DNA of 64,000 bases from an uncultured Solirubrobacterales bacterium (GCA_963731895.1 CAVSXO010000026.1:451285-515284), one strand, 5' to 3'; positions 25,979 through 36,715 are shown, counted from the first letter of the stretch. Translations and numbers: made by a program. Notes: generated from the sequence alone by a model not told the origin.

Positions 25979-26129
25979 CCCTTGGGTTCCACCCGCTCGG
26001 AACTCAGGAGCCAAAGTTCGGGGTGGTACCGAACGATGTCGCCTCGCATGCACCCCCTGCACGCCAGGCGCCAAAGTTCGGCTCCGAGTTCGGCCGAGGT
26101 CGCCTTACCTGCTCGGTACCGCTGAGCTC

Positions 26130-26704
26130 GTGCGCCATGATGAAGCGATGTTACGTGTGGCGATCTGGCAGGGCATCGACGAGTGGCGCGCCGAGGCCGC
26201 GCGCGTGGATCTCGGGCCGCGCGGCCTGGGTGCGACCGGCACGCAGATCGGAGCCGACCCGGCGCCCTACCGGCTCGACTACGAGCTCGAGCGTCGGCAG
26301 CGGATGGATCACCACCCGGTTGTCGGTGCAGGTGACGAGTGCCGTCGGGGAGCGCGGGCTGCTGCTCGAGCACGATGCCGAGGGGCGGCTGGCGGCGCGA
26401 CGGCGCGGCGGCGCCCGAGCTCGACGGCGCCCTCGACTGCGACCTCGGCCTCTCGCCGCTCACCAACCTCATGCCGGTGCGCCGTCACGCGCTCCACGAG
26501 CGCGCGGGGGCTACCGAGATCCTTGCCGCCTGGGTGTCGGTGCCGGACCTCGCGCTGCACGCCTCACGACAGCGCTACGAGCACGTGCGCCCGGGCGTCG
26601 TGCGGTTCACCGACCTGGGTGTGCACGAGGGTTTCAGCGCAGAGCTGGAACTTGACGCCGACGGGCTCGTGCTGCTCTATCCGGAGCTCGCCCGCCGGCT
26701 CTGA
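26130..26704 (+). pseudogene. Putative glycolipid-binding domain (DUF1089-like) protein, two +1 shifts
   Basis: MLRVAIWQGIDEWRAEAARVDLGPRGLGATGTQIG..APYRLDYEL (ORF 26130), then GSGWITTRLSVQVTSAVGERGLLLEHDAEG (frame of ORF 25939), then ALDCDLGLSPLTNLMPVRRHAL...LVLLYPELARRL (ORF 26339..26704). The family call comes from remembered motif similarity. Confidence 0.55.
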
Positions 26705-26710
26705 AGGCGG

Positions 26711-27862
<1,152 letters not shown>

Positions 27863-27889
27863 CGCCGAGCAGGGTAGCTTGCTCACCGT

Positions 27890-29236
27890 ATGGCGCACTA
27901 CGACGTGATCATCCTGGGCGGCGGGGCACCGGGCGAGCATTGTGCCGGCGAACTGGCGAAGGCGGGCAAGCGCGTCGCGATCGTGGAGCGCGAGCTGGTC
28001 GGCGGGGAGTGCTCCTACTGGGCCTGCATGCCGTCGAAGACAATGCTCCGATCCGGAGAGGCGCTGATGGATGCACGTCGCGCCCCCGGCGCGGCCGAGG
28101 CGATCTGCCGGGACCTCGACGTCGATGCCGCACTTGGCTGGCGTGACTACATCGTGTCGGGCTACGACGACTCGGGCGCCGTGAAATGGGCGCAGGAGAA
28201 CGGGATCGACATCATCCGCGGCGAGGGCCGGATCGCCGCGCCCGGCACGATCGACGTGGACGGCGAGACCCACACCGCCGCCGACATCGTGATCGCCACC
28301 GGGTCAGACCCGGTGATCCCGCCGATCGACGGGTTGCGCGACCTGGAGGGAGTCTGGACGAACCGGGAGGTGACCGGCATCAAGCCCGGCGAGGTGCCGG
28401 ACAGGCTGCTCGTGCTCGGCGGCGGGCCCGTGGGCGTCGAAATGGGGCAGGTGCTCCGGCGGATGGGCAGCTCCGTCGTCCTGATCGAGGGCTCGGAGCG
28501 CCTCCTGGCACGCGAGCCGAAGCCGCTCGGAGAGGCGCTCGGGCGGGCGCTGGGCGCCGAGGGCATCGAGCAGCATTTCGGCCAGCATGTGTCGCGGGCA
28601 CGCCGCGAGGGCGAGGACTACGTGCTCGAGTTCCCCGACGGCAAGGTCCTGAAGGGCGACAGGCTCCTGGTCGCCACCGGGCGGAAGCCGAGAGTGGAGG
28701 GCATCGGGTTGGAGAACATCGGGATCGAGCCCGGAAAGCAGGGCATCGGCGTCGACGCGCGCATGTCCGCGGGCGAGGGCACGTGGGCGATCGGGGACGT
28801 GACCGGCATATGGCCGCTCACGTATGTCGGCAAGTACCAGGGCCGCGTCGCGGCCGCGAACATCCTCGGCCGGGACGCCGAGGCGAACTACGACGCAGTG
28901 CCGCGGGTCGTGTTCACGGACCCGCAGGCCGTCGCGGTCGGTGAGGCCGAGGGCGAGCTCACGGTGACGGTCTCACTCGACTCGGTACCGCGCACGTCGA
29001 CCTACTGCCGCCAGTACGAGGACGCCGGCTTCCTGACGCTCGTCTCCGACGGTGAGCGCATCAGGGGTGCATACGCGCTCGGCCCCGAGGCCGGAGAGTG
29101 GCTCGGCCAGGCGACGCTCGCGATCCGGGCGCAGTTGCCGATCGCCGTCCTGAAGGACACGATCCAGCCCTTCCCGACCTTCTCGGAGGTCTACCTGTTC
29201 GCGATGCAGGAGCTGAGCGCCGCCGCGCAGGCGTAA
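27890..29236 (+). CDS. Pyridine nucleotide-disulfide oxidoreductase (dihydrolipoamide dehydrogenase / mycothione-reductase-like)
   Basis: YDVIILGGGAPGEHCA (FAD GxGxxG). Redox-active GGECSYWACMPSK (CxxxxC). Second Rossmann LLVLGGGPVGVEMG. Dimerisation-domain motif PFPTFSE. Confidence 0.88.
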   Translation: MAHYDVIILGGGAPGEHCAGELAKAGKRVAIVERELVGGECSYWACMPSKTMLRSGEALMDARRAPGAAEAICRDLDVDAALGWRDYIVSGYDDSGAVKWAQENGIDIIRGEGRIAAPGTIDVDGETHTAADIVIATGSDPVIPPIDGLRDLEGVWTNREVTGIKPGEVPDRLLVLGGGPVGVEMGQVLRRMGSSVVLIEGSERLLAREPKPLGEALGRALGAEGIEQHFGQHVSRARREGEDYVLEFPDGKVLKGDRLLVATGRKPRVEGIGLENIGIEPGKQGIGVDARMSAGEGTWAIGDVTGIWPLTYVGKYQGRVAAANILGRDAEANYDAVPRVVFTDPQAVAVGEAEGELTVTVSLDSVPRTSTYCRQYEDAGFLTLVSDGERIRGAYALGPEAGEWLGQATLAIRAQLPIAVLKDTIQPFPTFSEVYLFAMQELSAAAQA

Positions 29237-29238
29237 AC

Positions 29239-29264
29239 CCGTTCGCGGCCTTGGCCGCGGACGG
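29239..29264. terminator. Hairpin between convergent genes (candidate bidirectional terminator)
   Basis: CCGTTCGCGG-CCTTGG-CCGCGGACGG: a 10-bp stem including one G-U pair. It lies between the oxidoreductase stop (29236) and the msrB stop (29266). No U-tract. Confidence 0.45.
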
Positions 29265-29265
29265 C

Positions 29266-29664
29266 CTATTTCTCCTCTTCCAGGTCCAGCGAGACCGAGT
29301 TGATGCAGTAGCGCTGACCGGTCGGGTTCGGGCCGTCGTCGAACACATGGCCGAGGTGGCTGCCGCAGCGGGCGCAGACGACCTCGGTCCGCACCATGCC
29401 GTGCGTCGCGTCGGGGCGAAGCTCGACGGCCTCGGCGGTGGCCGGCTCGTAGAAGCTGGGCCAGCCCGTTCCAGAGTCGAACTTCGTGTCGGAGCTGAAC
29501 AGCTCGTTGCCGCACGCCGCGCAGCGGTAGACGCCGTCTTCCTTGCTGTACGTGTACTTGCCGGTGAACGGTGGCTCGGTCCCCTGCCGGCGCAGGACCT
29601 CGTACTGCTCCGGCGTCAGCTCCCGCTGCCACTCCTCGTCGGTCTTGGTGATCTTCGTGGTCAC
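29266..29664 (-). CDS. msrB: Peptide-methionine (R)-S-oxide reductase
   Basis: 132 aa. GTG start at 29664. [11 protein letters not shown] and [16 protein letters not shown] (Zn CxxC pairs) plus the catalytic RYCINS motif. Confidence 0.93.
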   Translation of the reverse strand: MTTKITKTDEEWQRELTPEQYEVLRRQGTEPPFTGKYTYSKEDGVYRCAACGNELFSSDTKFDSGTGWPSFYEPATAEAVELRPDATHGMVRTEVVCARCGSHLGHVFDDGPNPTGQRYCINSVSLDLEEEK

Positions 29665-29742
29665 GCGATCGAACCTCCCAATGTCGGGGTCTCCCAGAGG
29701 ACTGTAGCCCGCTCGACCCGAACCCCGTAGGCTCGGTCGGTC

Positions 29743-30430
29743 TTGGCCCTCCCGCGCCGATTCGTCCCGTTCGCGCTGCTCGTCGTGCTGATGCTGGCGG
29801 CCGGCCGCCTTGGGCCCTGCGAGTCGCGGGCGCAGCAAGTCGAGGTGATGGACACGCCTGCGATCGAGCGCACGCAGGCGCTGAACCAGGGTGGCGACCC
29901 CGCGCCCGAGCCGATCGTCTGGCGCGAGTCCCGCGCCGTCGGCCTCCCCTACGCCGGCCGCCTGAAGCGTGGCGTGCGGCTGCCCTCCGAGGATGCCGGG
30001 TACTTCACCTGGGATCCGGTCCGCAACACGACCCCGAACCGCTGGTGGCGGCGCTACGGGACCGACCGTCTGGTGCGGACCTTGCTCGACGTGCTGGGAG
30101 AGTTCCAGGACGCGCATCCGGATGCGCCCAGGGTGGGCATCGGCGACCTGAGCCGGCCGGGAGGCGGCAACTTCCTCGCCGCTCCATGCCTCTCATCAGA
30201 ACGGTCTCGACGTCGACGTCTACTACCCGCGCCTGGACCGCCGCGAGCGCGCTCCGATGAGACCTGCGCAGATCGATCGCGCGCTTGCGCAGGACCTGGT
30301 CGACCGGTTCGTCGACGCCGGGGCGCAGTATGTGTTCGTGGGATTCCGGACCGGCCTGCGCGGACCGCGGCGGGTCGTGCAGGCGATCCCGTACCACGAC
30401 AACCATCTCCACGTTCGCCTGCGGCGCTGA
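29743..30430 (+). pseudogene. Penicillin-insensitive murein endopeptidase (MepA/M74-like), one +1 shift near 30175
   Basis: Signal peptide [15 protein letters not shown]. ...[15 protein letters not shown] is in ORF 29743. The sequence then reads [24 protein letters not shown]...IPYHDNHLHVRLRR-stop (TGA 30428..30430) in the +1 frame. Confidence 0.7.
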
Positions 30431-30757
30431 CCCCTTCACAAACCCGCCGTTGCGTGGTTTTGGGGGGTCCATGGGCCCCACAAGGTCCCCAGCCACCGGC
30501 GAAGGATCACCCAGGCTCCATGCCGTACTAGCTTGCCGAGGTGTTTGAGCCGTCGGATTTCGGCCTCCTGAACGGTAAAGCTCCACATCTTCGGGAACCT
30601 GCTGCCTGCCGTCCGAGGACCGGTATGAGTGTGGGTCTGCAGCACCCGTGTGCTGTGTGACGAATGGACCATTCCGCTTGGTTGCCACACACTCACGAAG
30701 CGGTTAGTGTCGCCCGGCGGCAACAGCCGTTGTGAGATTTGTCATCGATGACGGGAT

Positions 30758-31561
30758 TTGGATCGCTTGAGGCAGAATCAGCAGAGCTTCGCATTGCGGG
30801 TGCGCCAGGCGTTTAGCCGGCGACCATGGTTGCGGTACGCCATCTTGGCGGCGGCTGCCGTGATCATCGTTTCGGGCGCCGTCCTGACCTCGGCCCCCAA
30901 GTGGGTGGGAGCGATCCTCGCCCTATTGGTGTTAGGCGCCAACTGGACTGTGGGGAACTGGTTCGACTCGCTACATGAATGGCGAATAGGGCGCTACCGC
31001 TCACCCCTCGGAGACTTGGTGAAACCGGGCATGCTGCGTTCGGAAATCGACTCGGAGAACCAGAATCTTGGACGCGGGACTCCTATCGACAAGCACGCCG
31101 TGGACGAACTTCGCGAGCGTCTCGAGGCTGCGGCGACGAAGCTGTCACATGCTGACCCGGTGACGATTCTCGCCGGCAATGGCGAAAGCCCCATCGGACA
31201 GGTCGTAGAGAAAGCGTGCTCCGGCATTCAGCCGCGCCTCCAATGCTTCGTCCCAGCGACTGCCAAAGACTTCGTAAAGTGGTTGAGGGAGGGGTCGAGC
31301 GATGCGAAGTTACCCGCGAAGTACGACTCCGACAGGGCAACGCTCTTTCTACTGAATCAGCTCGACAGCTTCCGGGAGGCTGAGTTGGCGCCCGGAGACT
31401 TCGACGACTGGCGAGCGTCGGACTCGAAGTTCCTCGCCGTTGCTGTCTTGCGGACCTCGAGTGATTCTGATCGCGATCCCGCACGGAAGTCAGCCCTGAA
31501 CCAGTGGTACCGAGCGACCAGTGTCATATCCATGTACGGCCAGGAGGCGAAACATCAATGA
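30758..31561 (+). CDS. Two-TM membrane protein with ~190-aa soluble C-terminal domain, unknown family
   Basis: 267-aa ORF (TTG start; start uncertain). TM helices WLRYAILAAAAVIIVSGAVLTSA and WVGAILALLVLGANWTVGNWF. The TGA stop overlaps the ATG of the next gene (ATGA at 31558..31561). Confidence 0.6.
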   Translation: MDRLRQNQQSFALRVRQAFSRRPWLRYAILAAAAVIIVSGAVLTSAPKWVGAILALLVLGANWTVGNWFDSLHEWRIGRYRSPLGDLVKPGMLRSEIDSENQNLGRGTPIDKHAVDELRERLEAAATKLSHADPVTILAGNGESPIGQVVEKACSGIQPRLQCFVPATAKDFVKWLREGSSDAKLPAKYDSDRATLFLLNQLDSFREAELAPGDFDDWRASDSKFLAVAVLRTSSDSDRDPARKSALNQWYRATSVISMYGQEAKHQ

Positions 31562-34236
31562 GCGCGGATCTCCCCAGCTACGACAGCGAGCGCTTTGTCG
31601 GTCGGGATGCTGACTTGAAGACCCTCAAAGACGCTATCGGCTTATCCAAATCCGTCGTTGTCTATGGCTTGGCCGGCATAGGGAAGAGCGCCCTGGTGAG
31701 CGCGGCGTATAGCGAGCTGCCAGACCATGTTGCCGTGCGTCGGCACTATCTGGATTGTGACCGGAATGACTCCGTTGAGCAGATTTTGGAGACGCTCGCG
31801 GAGAGCCTGCAGGTCGAGGTTGTACGCGGTGATCCGCAGCGTGCAAAGAGAACTGTGGTCGAGGGCCTGAAGACGGATGACCGGAAGCTGCTCGTGTTCG
31901 ACAATGTGGAAACAGTCTGGAAGCGCGAGCGATGGGCAATGCAGAACCTGATGGAGCTCCTGTCTCCGTTGCCCTCAGTGTCGGTTGTGGTGGGGCTGCG
32001 CGCCGGCGAATTGCCCGATGCGTTACAGCAGTGGAAGGCGATCGAGGTGGGACGGCTCGACCGTCAGGACGCTGCCGTGCTGTGCAGGAGCTTCAGGAGA
32101 GTGTCGGCCGTCGACGCGGCCGTGGAAGACCTCGTCGATCGTGAGCTCGAGGGCGTTCCGCTCGCCATCGTGTTGCTCGCCCTAGCAACTGAAGGACAGC
32201 GAACAAGTCTCGTCGAGCTGCAAGAACGACTGCAGCACGTCCTGCTCAAGCTTCCGCTGAACGTGGGGCCCGATCGTCAACGGAGCCTGGTTGCGTCGCT
32301 ACAGATCTCGATTCAGCTCCTCGGGGACGAGGATGAGCGCCGACTGCTTGCCCTCCTGGGTGCTTTGCCGGCGGGCATCGGGGGAGAGGACCTGATCGCG
32401 CTGGGGAGGACGTTGCCCTCCGTCGGCGACCTGCAGGTGCACGCCCACGGACTCAGCAACGTGGGCCTCGGGTTCTTTTCGGAGGAGGACCGCCTCGAGA
32501 CGCTCAAACCGATCCGTGACTACGTGGAACACGCGCTCTGGCCATCCGGGAAGGACCTCGCGGTGGTCAGCGCGCACTACCTCGGGCTTGTTCCACAGGA
32601 TGGCGGCGACAATGACCGCAATGCGAGAACGGCTGCTGAGAGCGGAAACGTGGCAAGCATGGCTGCCACGCTGCCGGACCGGATTGCCCAGTGCTCGGTC
32701 TTGATCCGGCAAGGGGATGCCGAGTTGAGGGCCGGTCAGTTTGCCGTAGCCATGAATACCTTCCGGGGGGCCGCCGAGATCGCGCGTGCGGCAAGGCACC
32801 CGGACCTTCTCGCGAACGCCGCTCTGGGCGTCTCCGGTGGGCGAGGAGGGTCCGGACAGAGCTTCGACCGAGCTGACGAGGAACGTCTTGCGGCGCTGGT
32901 GACGCCGAGCACCTCTGATTCGGATGACCCGGCGCTGAAGCTAGAGGTCGTGATCAGGCGGATGGCCGAACTGCATTTCGATGCAAGCTTCCAGGCGATG
33001 AAGGAGCGAGAGGACCTTGATGCTGCTGCAGATCAACTTCTGCCGCTGGTGGATGACGCCACCGTGCGGTTGCAGCTTGCGTTCCGGCGACTGAAGGGAG
33101 CTGCTCCAACGGATTCACTCGATGATCGCTTGAAGACTGCACGAGACGTGATGACCTCCGCTCGGGAACAACAGGACATCAATACTGAAATCGAGGCGGG
33201 CCATGTGCTCATCTCCTTCCTCATGGAGAACGGGGAATTTGATCAGGCCGTCGAGGAGCGCGAGCTGCTGTGCAAGGATCGGATCCCTCACGAGCCGGAC
33301 GCAGGTAAGCGCCAGCGCTTCGAGTGGCAGGACACCGTCCTCTCGCGCACGGAACTTCTGTACCGAGGGACCTTCGACAGTGCCCGCGGTGAGCTCGAAC
33401 CGGAACCGGACAAAGACGAGGTGACGAACTCGCCGTATCGTCGCTGGCTGCACCAGCGTGTGCTGCTCGCATTGGACCACGACGGCAAGGACTTCGTGCC
33501 AAACGTGGAGGAACTCTCGGGCCGGCTTAAGGAGGACGAGTGTCGCAAGTTCCAGCTCGCAAACGATCAGGGACTTCGCACGCTGGCCTACGAGTGGTGG
33601 CCCACGTGGCGCTCAACCCACGCACTTGTGCTGGCTGCGCGTGGAGCACCTGGTGATAGCGAGGCTGCCCACCAAATTATCAACGAGCTCTCGCGACCCG
33701 ACACAAGCTCCGGGGAGTCCGCTCCCTTCGGGCGGATCCTCAAGCACGAGTACTACGTCCAGGTACTCGCACTGATCGCACTTGCCCTCCAACGCCTGAC
33801 CGTCCTAGCCGCAACGGAGGATGACGCCGCTCGGCAGCGATGGGGAGAGGCACGTCGTACATGGGCCATGGACCTCGACCGTCTCCTCGAGCCATTTGAC
33901 ACCCGCGCGGTTGTGCCCGGGAGTGGTGTGATGAACCTTGGCTCGGTTCAAACGTTCCGAGCGATGCTCAAGGCGTGCGCCGACGACTGGGTTGATCTAA
34001 TTGACAACGACCTGTTCGCCAAGGCGGTTCAGAGGAACATCGAACTAGGTAGTCCCCCGGCAGCGGTAAGGACCTTGGTCGCCGAGGCCGAGATGGAGCA
34101 ATTGCGGGGCACAGGACAAGGTCGCGCGCGCGCGGCGGCTGCCGCCGAGAGCGGTCGCGCCCTGGCTCAAGAGCATGGCATGCAGCCCTGGGAGAACAGA
34201 GCGGCAGAGGTGCTCGGCCCAGCCGCTGCGGAGTAG
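31558..34236 (+). CDS. NB-ARC-type STAND NTPase with C-terminal TPR-like helical repeats and no recognisable effector or DNA-binding domain
   Basis: 892 aa from the ATG at 31558. ERFVGRDADLKTL. Walker A GLAGIGKS (31666..31689). Walker B LLVFD (31888..31902). GVPLAI (32152..32169). The long helical C-terminal region starts around LLGDEDERRLLALLGALP. Confidence 0.85.
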   Translation: MSADLPSYDSERFVGRDADLKTLKDAIGLSKSVVVYGLAGIGKSALVSAAYSELPDHVAVRRHYLDCDRNDSVEQILETLAESLQVEVVRGDPQRAKRTVVEGLKTDDRKLLVFDNVETVWKRERWAMQNLMELLSPLPSVSVVVGLRAGELPDALQQWKAIEVGRLDRQDAAVLCRSFRRVSAVDAAVEDLVDRELEGVPLAIVLLALATEGQRTSLVELQERLQHVLLKLPLNVGPDRQRSLVASLQISIQLLGDEDERRLLALLGALPAGIGGEDLIALGRTLPSVGDLQVHAHGLSNVGLGFFSEEDRLETLKPIRDYVEHALWPSGKDLAVVSAHYLGLVPQDGGDNDRNARTAAESGNVASMAATLPDRIAQCSVLIRQGDAELRAGQFAVAMNTFRGAAEIARAARHPDLLANAALGVSGGRGGSGQSFDRADEERLAALVTPSTSDSDDPALKLEVVIRRMAELHFDASFQAMKEREDLDAAADQLLPLVDDATVRLQLAFRRLKGAAPTDSLDDRLKTARDVMTSAREQQDINTEIEAGHVLISFLMENGEFDQAVEERELLCKDRIPHEPDAGKRQRFEWQDTVLSRTELLYRGTFDSARGELEPEPDKDEVTNSPYRRWLHQRVLLALDHDGKDFVPNVEELSGRLKEDECRKFQLANDQGLRTLAYEWWPTWRSTHALVLAARGAPGDSEAAHQIINELSRPDTSSGESAPFGRILKHEYYVQVLALIALALQRLTVLAATEDDAARQRWGEARRTWAMDLDRLLEPFDTRAVVPGSGVMNLGSVQTFRAMLKACADDWVDLIDNDLFAKAVQRNIELGSPPAAVRTLVAEAEMEQLRGTGQGRARAAAAAESGRALAQEHGMQPWENRAAEVLGPAAAE

Positions 34237-34343
34237 CTCAGCGCATTCGGGGCCGCCCCTCGCCTCACGATGAGCAAACCGCAACACTCCGACACAGGAA
34301 CCGGCGAGGAGCTGCCGGCATTGTCACAGGGCCTGGATCAAGA

Positions 34344-34682
34344 GTGGTGATTAGGCTTAAGGACGTAGATGCCAAAGATGTGCACAGACACATCCGGAGA
34401 GGTCTCGGGCGCTTGCTATTTACAGCTGATAGTCGCTGGTACGTCGTTCAATCTAAGGACACCCTCACGGTCGTTAGTGAAGATGACGTCAGATCGTCAA
34501 TCGTCGACTACCACGGTAGACGACGGACCCTTTGGGAGATAATCGATGACGGCCTCTCAAGCGACTCCAAAAAGGAAAAGCAGACTGGCCCAAAAAAGTT
34601 GTCGAGCGATAAGAAGGAGCACCCCGCGATTCGCGGCGAAACGACATGCCGAATGGAAAGGGCGACTGGCTCACGGGGCTAA
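34344..34682 (+). CDS. Orphan hypothetical protein (Lys-rich tail)
   Basis: 112-aa ORF with GTG start in lower-GC DNA: VIRLKDVDAKDVHRHIRRGLGRLLFTADSRWYVVQSKDTLTVVSEDDVRSSIVDY... No family recognised. Coding status uncertain. Confidence 0.35.
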   Translation: MVIRLKDVDAKDVHRHIRRGLGRLLFTADSRWYVVQSKDTLTVVSEDDVRSSIVDYHGRRRTLWEIIDDGLSSDSKKEKQTGPKKLSSDKKEHPAIRGETTCRMERATGSRG

Positions 34683-34787
34683 TCCAGATCAAGCGCACGA
34701 TGCTGCGATCCCGACAGCCGCCGCGGTTGGCGGCCGTCCCGATCATTGAGCGCATCGTCCTGCCTTAGTGTTGGTGGCTTCAGGCGG

Positions 34788-35285
34788 TCACTGCAACAGC
34801 AGCTCCACGAGCTCGAACTCGATCCGCCCGTTCTCCACGCTCGCCACGCCCATCGAGTGCGACGGCGCCCGCCGCCGCTCGGTCGGGCTGCCGGGATTGA
34901 AGATCTGAAAATCACCCTCTTGCAGGTGCAGCGGGATGTGCGAGTGGCCGAACACGACCGCGTTCGCGCCGGGGAAGCGCCGCCGCATTCGCCCCAGCCG
35001 TCCGGCGGCCGGGCCGGCATCGTGCACGACGGCCAGCGTCACGCCGTCCACGTCGATCTGATCCGTGTCGGGTAGGCGCTCGCGCAGGTCCCAACCGTCC
35101 ATGTTGCCCGCCACGCCGCGCACCGGAGGGCCGATCGCCTCGATCTCGGCCAGCGCCTCGAGCGTCATCACGTCACCCGCGTGCACGAGCAGATCGCTGC
35201 CGGCGATCAGCTCCTCGCAGCGGCCGGGCAGCCGGTTGCGCCCGCCGGGCCCCATGTGAGTGTCGGAGATGATTGCCAGGCGCAT
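34788..35285 (-). CDS. YfcE/MJ0936-family metallophosphoesterase
   Basis: MRLAIISDTHMG, LLVHAGDV, GNMD and VVFGHSHIP metal-binding motifs. 165 aa. Confidence 0.88.
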   Translation of the reverse strand: MRLAIISDTHMGPGGRNRLPGRCEELIAGSDLLVHAGDVMTLEALAEIEAIGPPVRGVAGNMDGWDLRERLPDTDQIDVDGVTLAVVHDAGPAAGRLGRMRRRFPGANAVVFGHSHIPLHLQEGDFQIFNPGSPTERRRAPSHSMGVASVENGRIEFELVELLLQ

Positions 35286-35305
35286 GCCCGGCAGGCTAGT
35301 GCCCG

Positions 35306-36715
35306 CTAGTCGGTCACGGGAAGCTTCAGGCTCATGCGCGCGCCGCCTCCGTTGGCACGCGCGGCGACCACCGCTCCGCCGTGGGACTCCGCGACCTGAC
35401 GCACGATCGCGAGGCCGAGCCCCGAGCCCGGCAGGCCCCTCGCGGCCGGTGCGCGATAGAAGCGGTCGAAGACGTAAGGCAGGTCGGAGTCCGCGATCCC
35501 CGGGCCGTGGTCACGCACGCTGACCTCGCCGTCACGCACGCGGACCTCGATCTGGCCGCCGTTCGGGCTCCACTTGGCGGCATTGTCGAGCAGGTTCGTC
35601 ACGGCCCGGTCGAGACGGCCCGGCACTCCGGCGACCAGGCAAGGCTCGAGCTCGGTGAAGAACACCTTGTCGGGCGCGTGGCGGCGCGCGCGCTCGACCG
35701 CGTCCTCCACCAGCGTGTCGAGGCGCACGTCCTCCATGCCCGCGTCGGGCTCATCGCCACGGGCCAGGTCGACCAGGTCCGCGACCAGCACCGTGAGCTC
35801 GTCGAGCTGGACGACCAGGTCTCGCAGCAGGCGCTCGTGGTCCTCCTGCGGGAGCATCCCCCCGGCAAGCACTTCGATGTTCGTGCGCAGGCTGGTGAGC
35901 GGCGTGCGCAACTCGTGCGACGCGTCGGCGACAAGCTGGCGTTGCGAGCGCTCGGCCTCGGCGAGCGCCTCGAGCATCGTGTTGAAGCTCGCGCCCAGGC
36001 GGCTGAGCTCATCCGACCCGTCGGCCTGGATCCGCCTGCTCAGGTCCCTCGTGCGGGCGACGTGCTCGGTCGTCTCGGTCAGCTGCTTCACCGGCGTGAG
36101 CGCCGCGCGGGCAACCAGGCGTCCCAGCCACACCGCGAGCAAGATGCCACCGAGGCTGATCAGCGCCAGTGCGAATGCGAGATCGCGCAGGGTGCTGTCG
36201 ACCTCCTCGAGCGGTCGCACCGCCTGGAGCGCGTCGCCCGTCGACAGCGGCGCGGTGTAGACGCGCGCATGGACGCCACCGATGGTCGCGTCGTGGAAAA
36301 AGGCCTTGCGTTCCCCCCGCGCCACCTCGAGAGCCCGCTGGTCGACCGGGAGCTGAAAACGTACGTCCCTGGGCCGGACGACCGTGCCGTCCGGGCGCAC
36401 GACCTGGGCGAACCCGTCGCGGTTGCCGAGTGGCCCCGTCGGCAGCACGAGCGTGTCGTCCCCTGCGGGAGCTCCCGGCAGCAGCAGTCCCTGCGGAATC
36501 GAGATCTGCTCGAACAGATTGCGGAGGCGGTTGTCGACATCGTCGCGCAGCTGGTTCCGGACCACGACGAACGCGGCCACGGAGGCGAGCACCACCGCCA
36601 CCGCGACGGCCGAGGCGGACAGGAGGATCAGCCGCCGCCGGAAGGAGAAGCGCCCGACGCGCGCCCGTAGGCGTGCCGGCAAGCCCCGCACCACGCCGGC
36701 CGACCCGCTCATCAC
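35306..36715 (-). CDS. Sensor histidine kinase (MprB/PrrB-like)
   Basis: Two TM segments and a HAMP linker. H-box [39 protein letters not shown] and GSGLGLAIV. Start overlaps the RR stop (GTGATGA). Confidence 0.9.
   Translation of the reverse strand: MMSGSAGVVRGLPARLRARVGRFSFRRRLILLSASAVAVAVVLASVAAFVVVRNQLRDDVDNRLRNLFEQISIPQGLLLPGAPAGDDTLVLPTGPLGNRDGFAQVVRPDGTVVRPRDVRFQLPVDQRALEVARGERKAFFHDATIGGVHARVYTAPLSTGDALQAVRPLEEVDSTLRDLAFALALISLGGILLAVWLGRLVARAALTPVKQLTETTEHVARTRDLSRRIQADGSDELSRLGASFNTMLEALAEAERSQRQLVADASHELRTPLTSLRTNIEVLAGGMLPQEDHERLLRDLVVQLDELTVLVADLVDLARGDEPDAGMEDVRLDTLVEDAVERARRHAPDKVFFTELEPCLVAGVPGRLDRAVTNLLDNAAKWSPNGGQIEVRVRDGEVSVRDHGPGIADSDLPYVFDRFYRAPAARGLPGSGLGLAIVRQVAESHGGAVVAARANGGGARMSLKLPVTD

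Larger units (their letters stand above)
30431..34787. other. Lower-GC islet (probable horizontally acquired segment) carrying three frame-intact genes
   Basis: Hand counts: 37/60 and 31/60 G+C for 31561-31620 and 31621-31680, versus 47/60 for 35401-35460. Bounded by the stops of the flanking MepA-like and phosphoesterase genes. No integrase, tRNA or terminal repeats seen. Confidence 0.6.

Noticed and set aside
27863-27889. The 27-bp divergent spacer between the ACAD and oxidoreductase starts, with the near-palindrome GAGCAGG-gtag-CTTGCTC, considered as a shared operator or leaderless-promoter arrangement.
   Set aside because: The palindrome is imperfect and short, and there is no adjacent regulator gene. 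I cannot distinguish it from chance without comparative data.
30436-30723. A 95-aa minus-strand ORF in the left margin of the islet, considered as a possible recombinase or regulator fragment.
   Set aside because: It has no recognisable motif and an odd composition (His/Thr/Trp-rich), and it overlaps equally poor ORFs in other frames.
34270-34350. A 26-codon micro-ORF (MSKPQHSDTGTGEELPALSQGLDQEW) whose stop overlaps the GTG of ORF 34344.
   Set aside because: It is too short and featureless to support as a gene without expression or conservation data. It is worth including if the islet is analysed experimentally.
30431-34787. Calling the low-GC islet a prophage remnant, IS or integrative element.
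   Set aside because: I could find no integrase, transposase, phage structural gene, tRNA target or terminal repeats by eye. Only the compositional anomaly is supportable.
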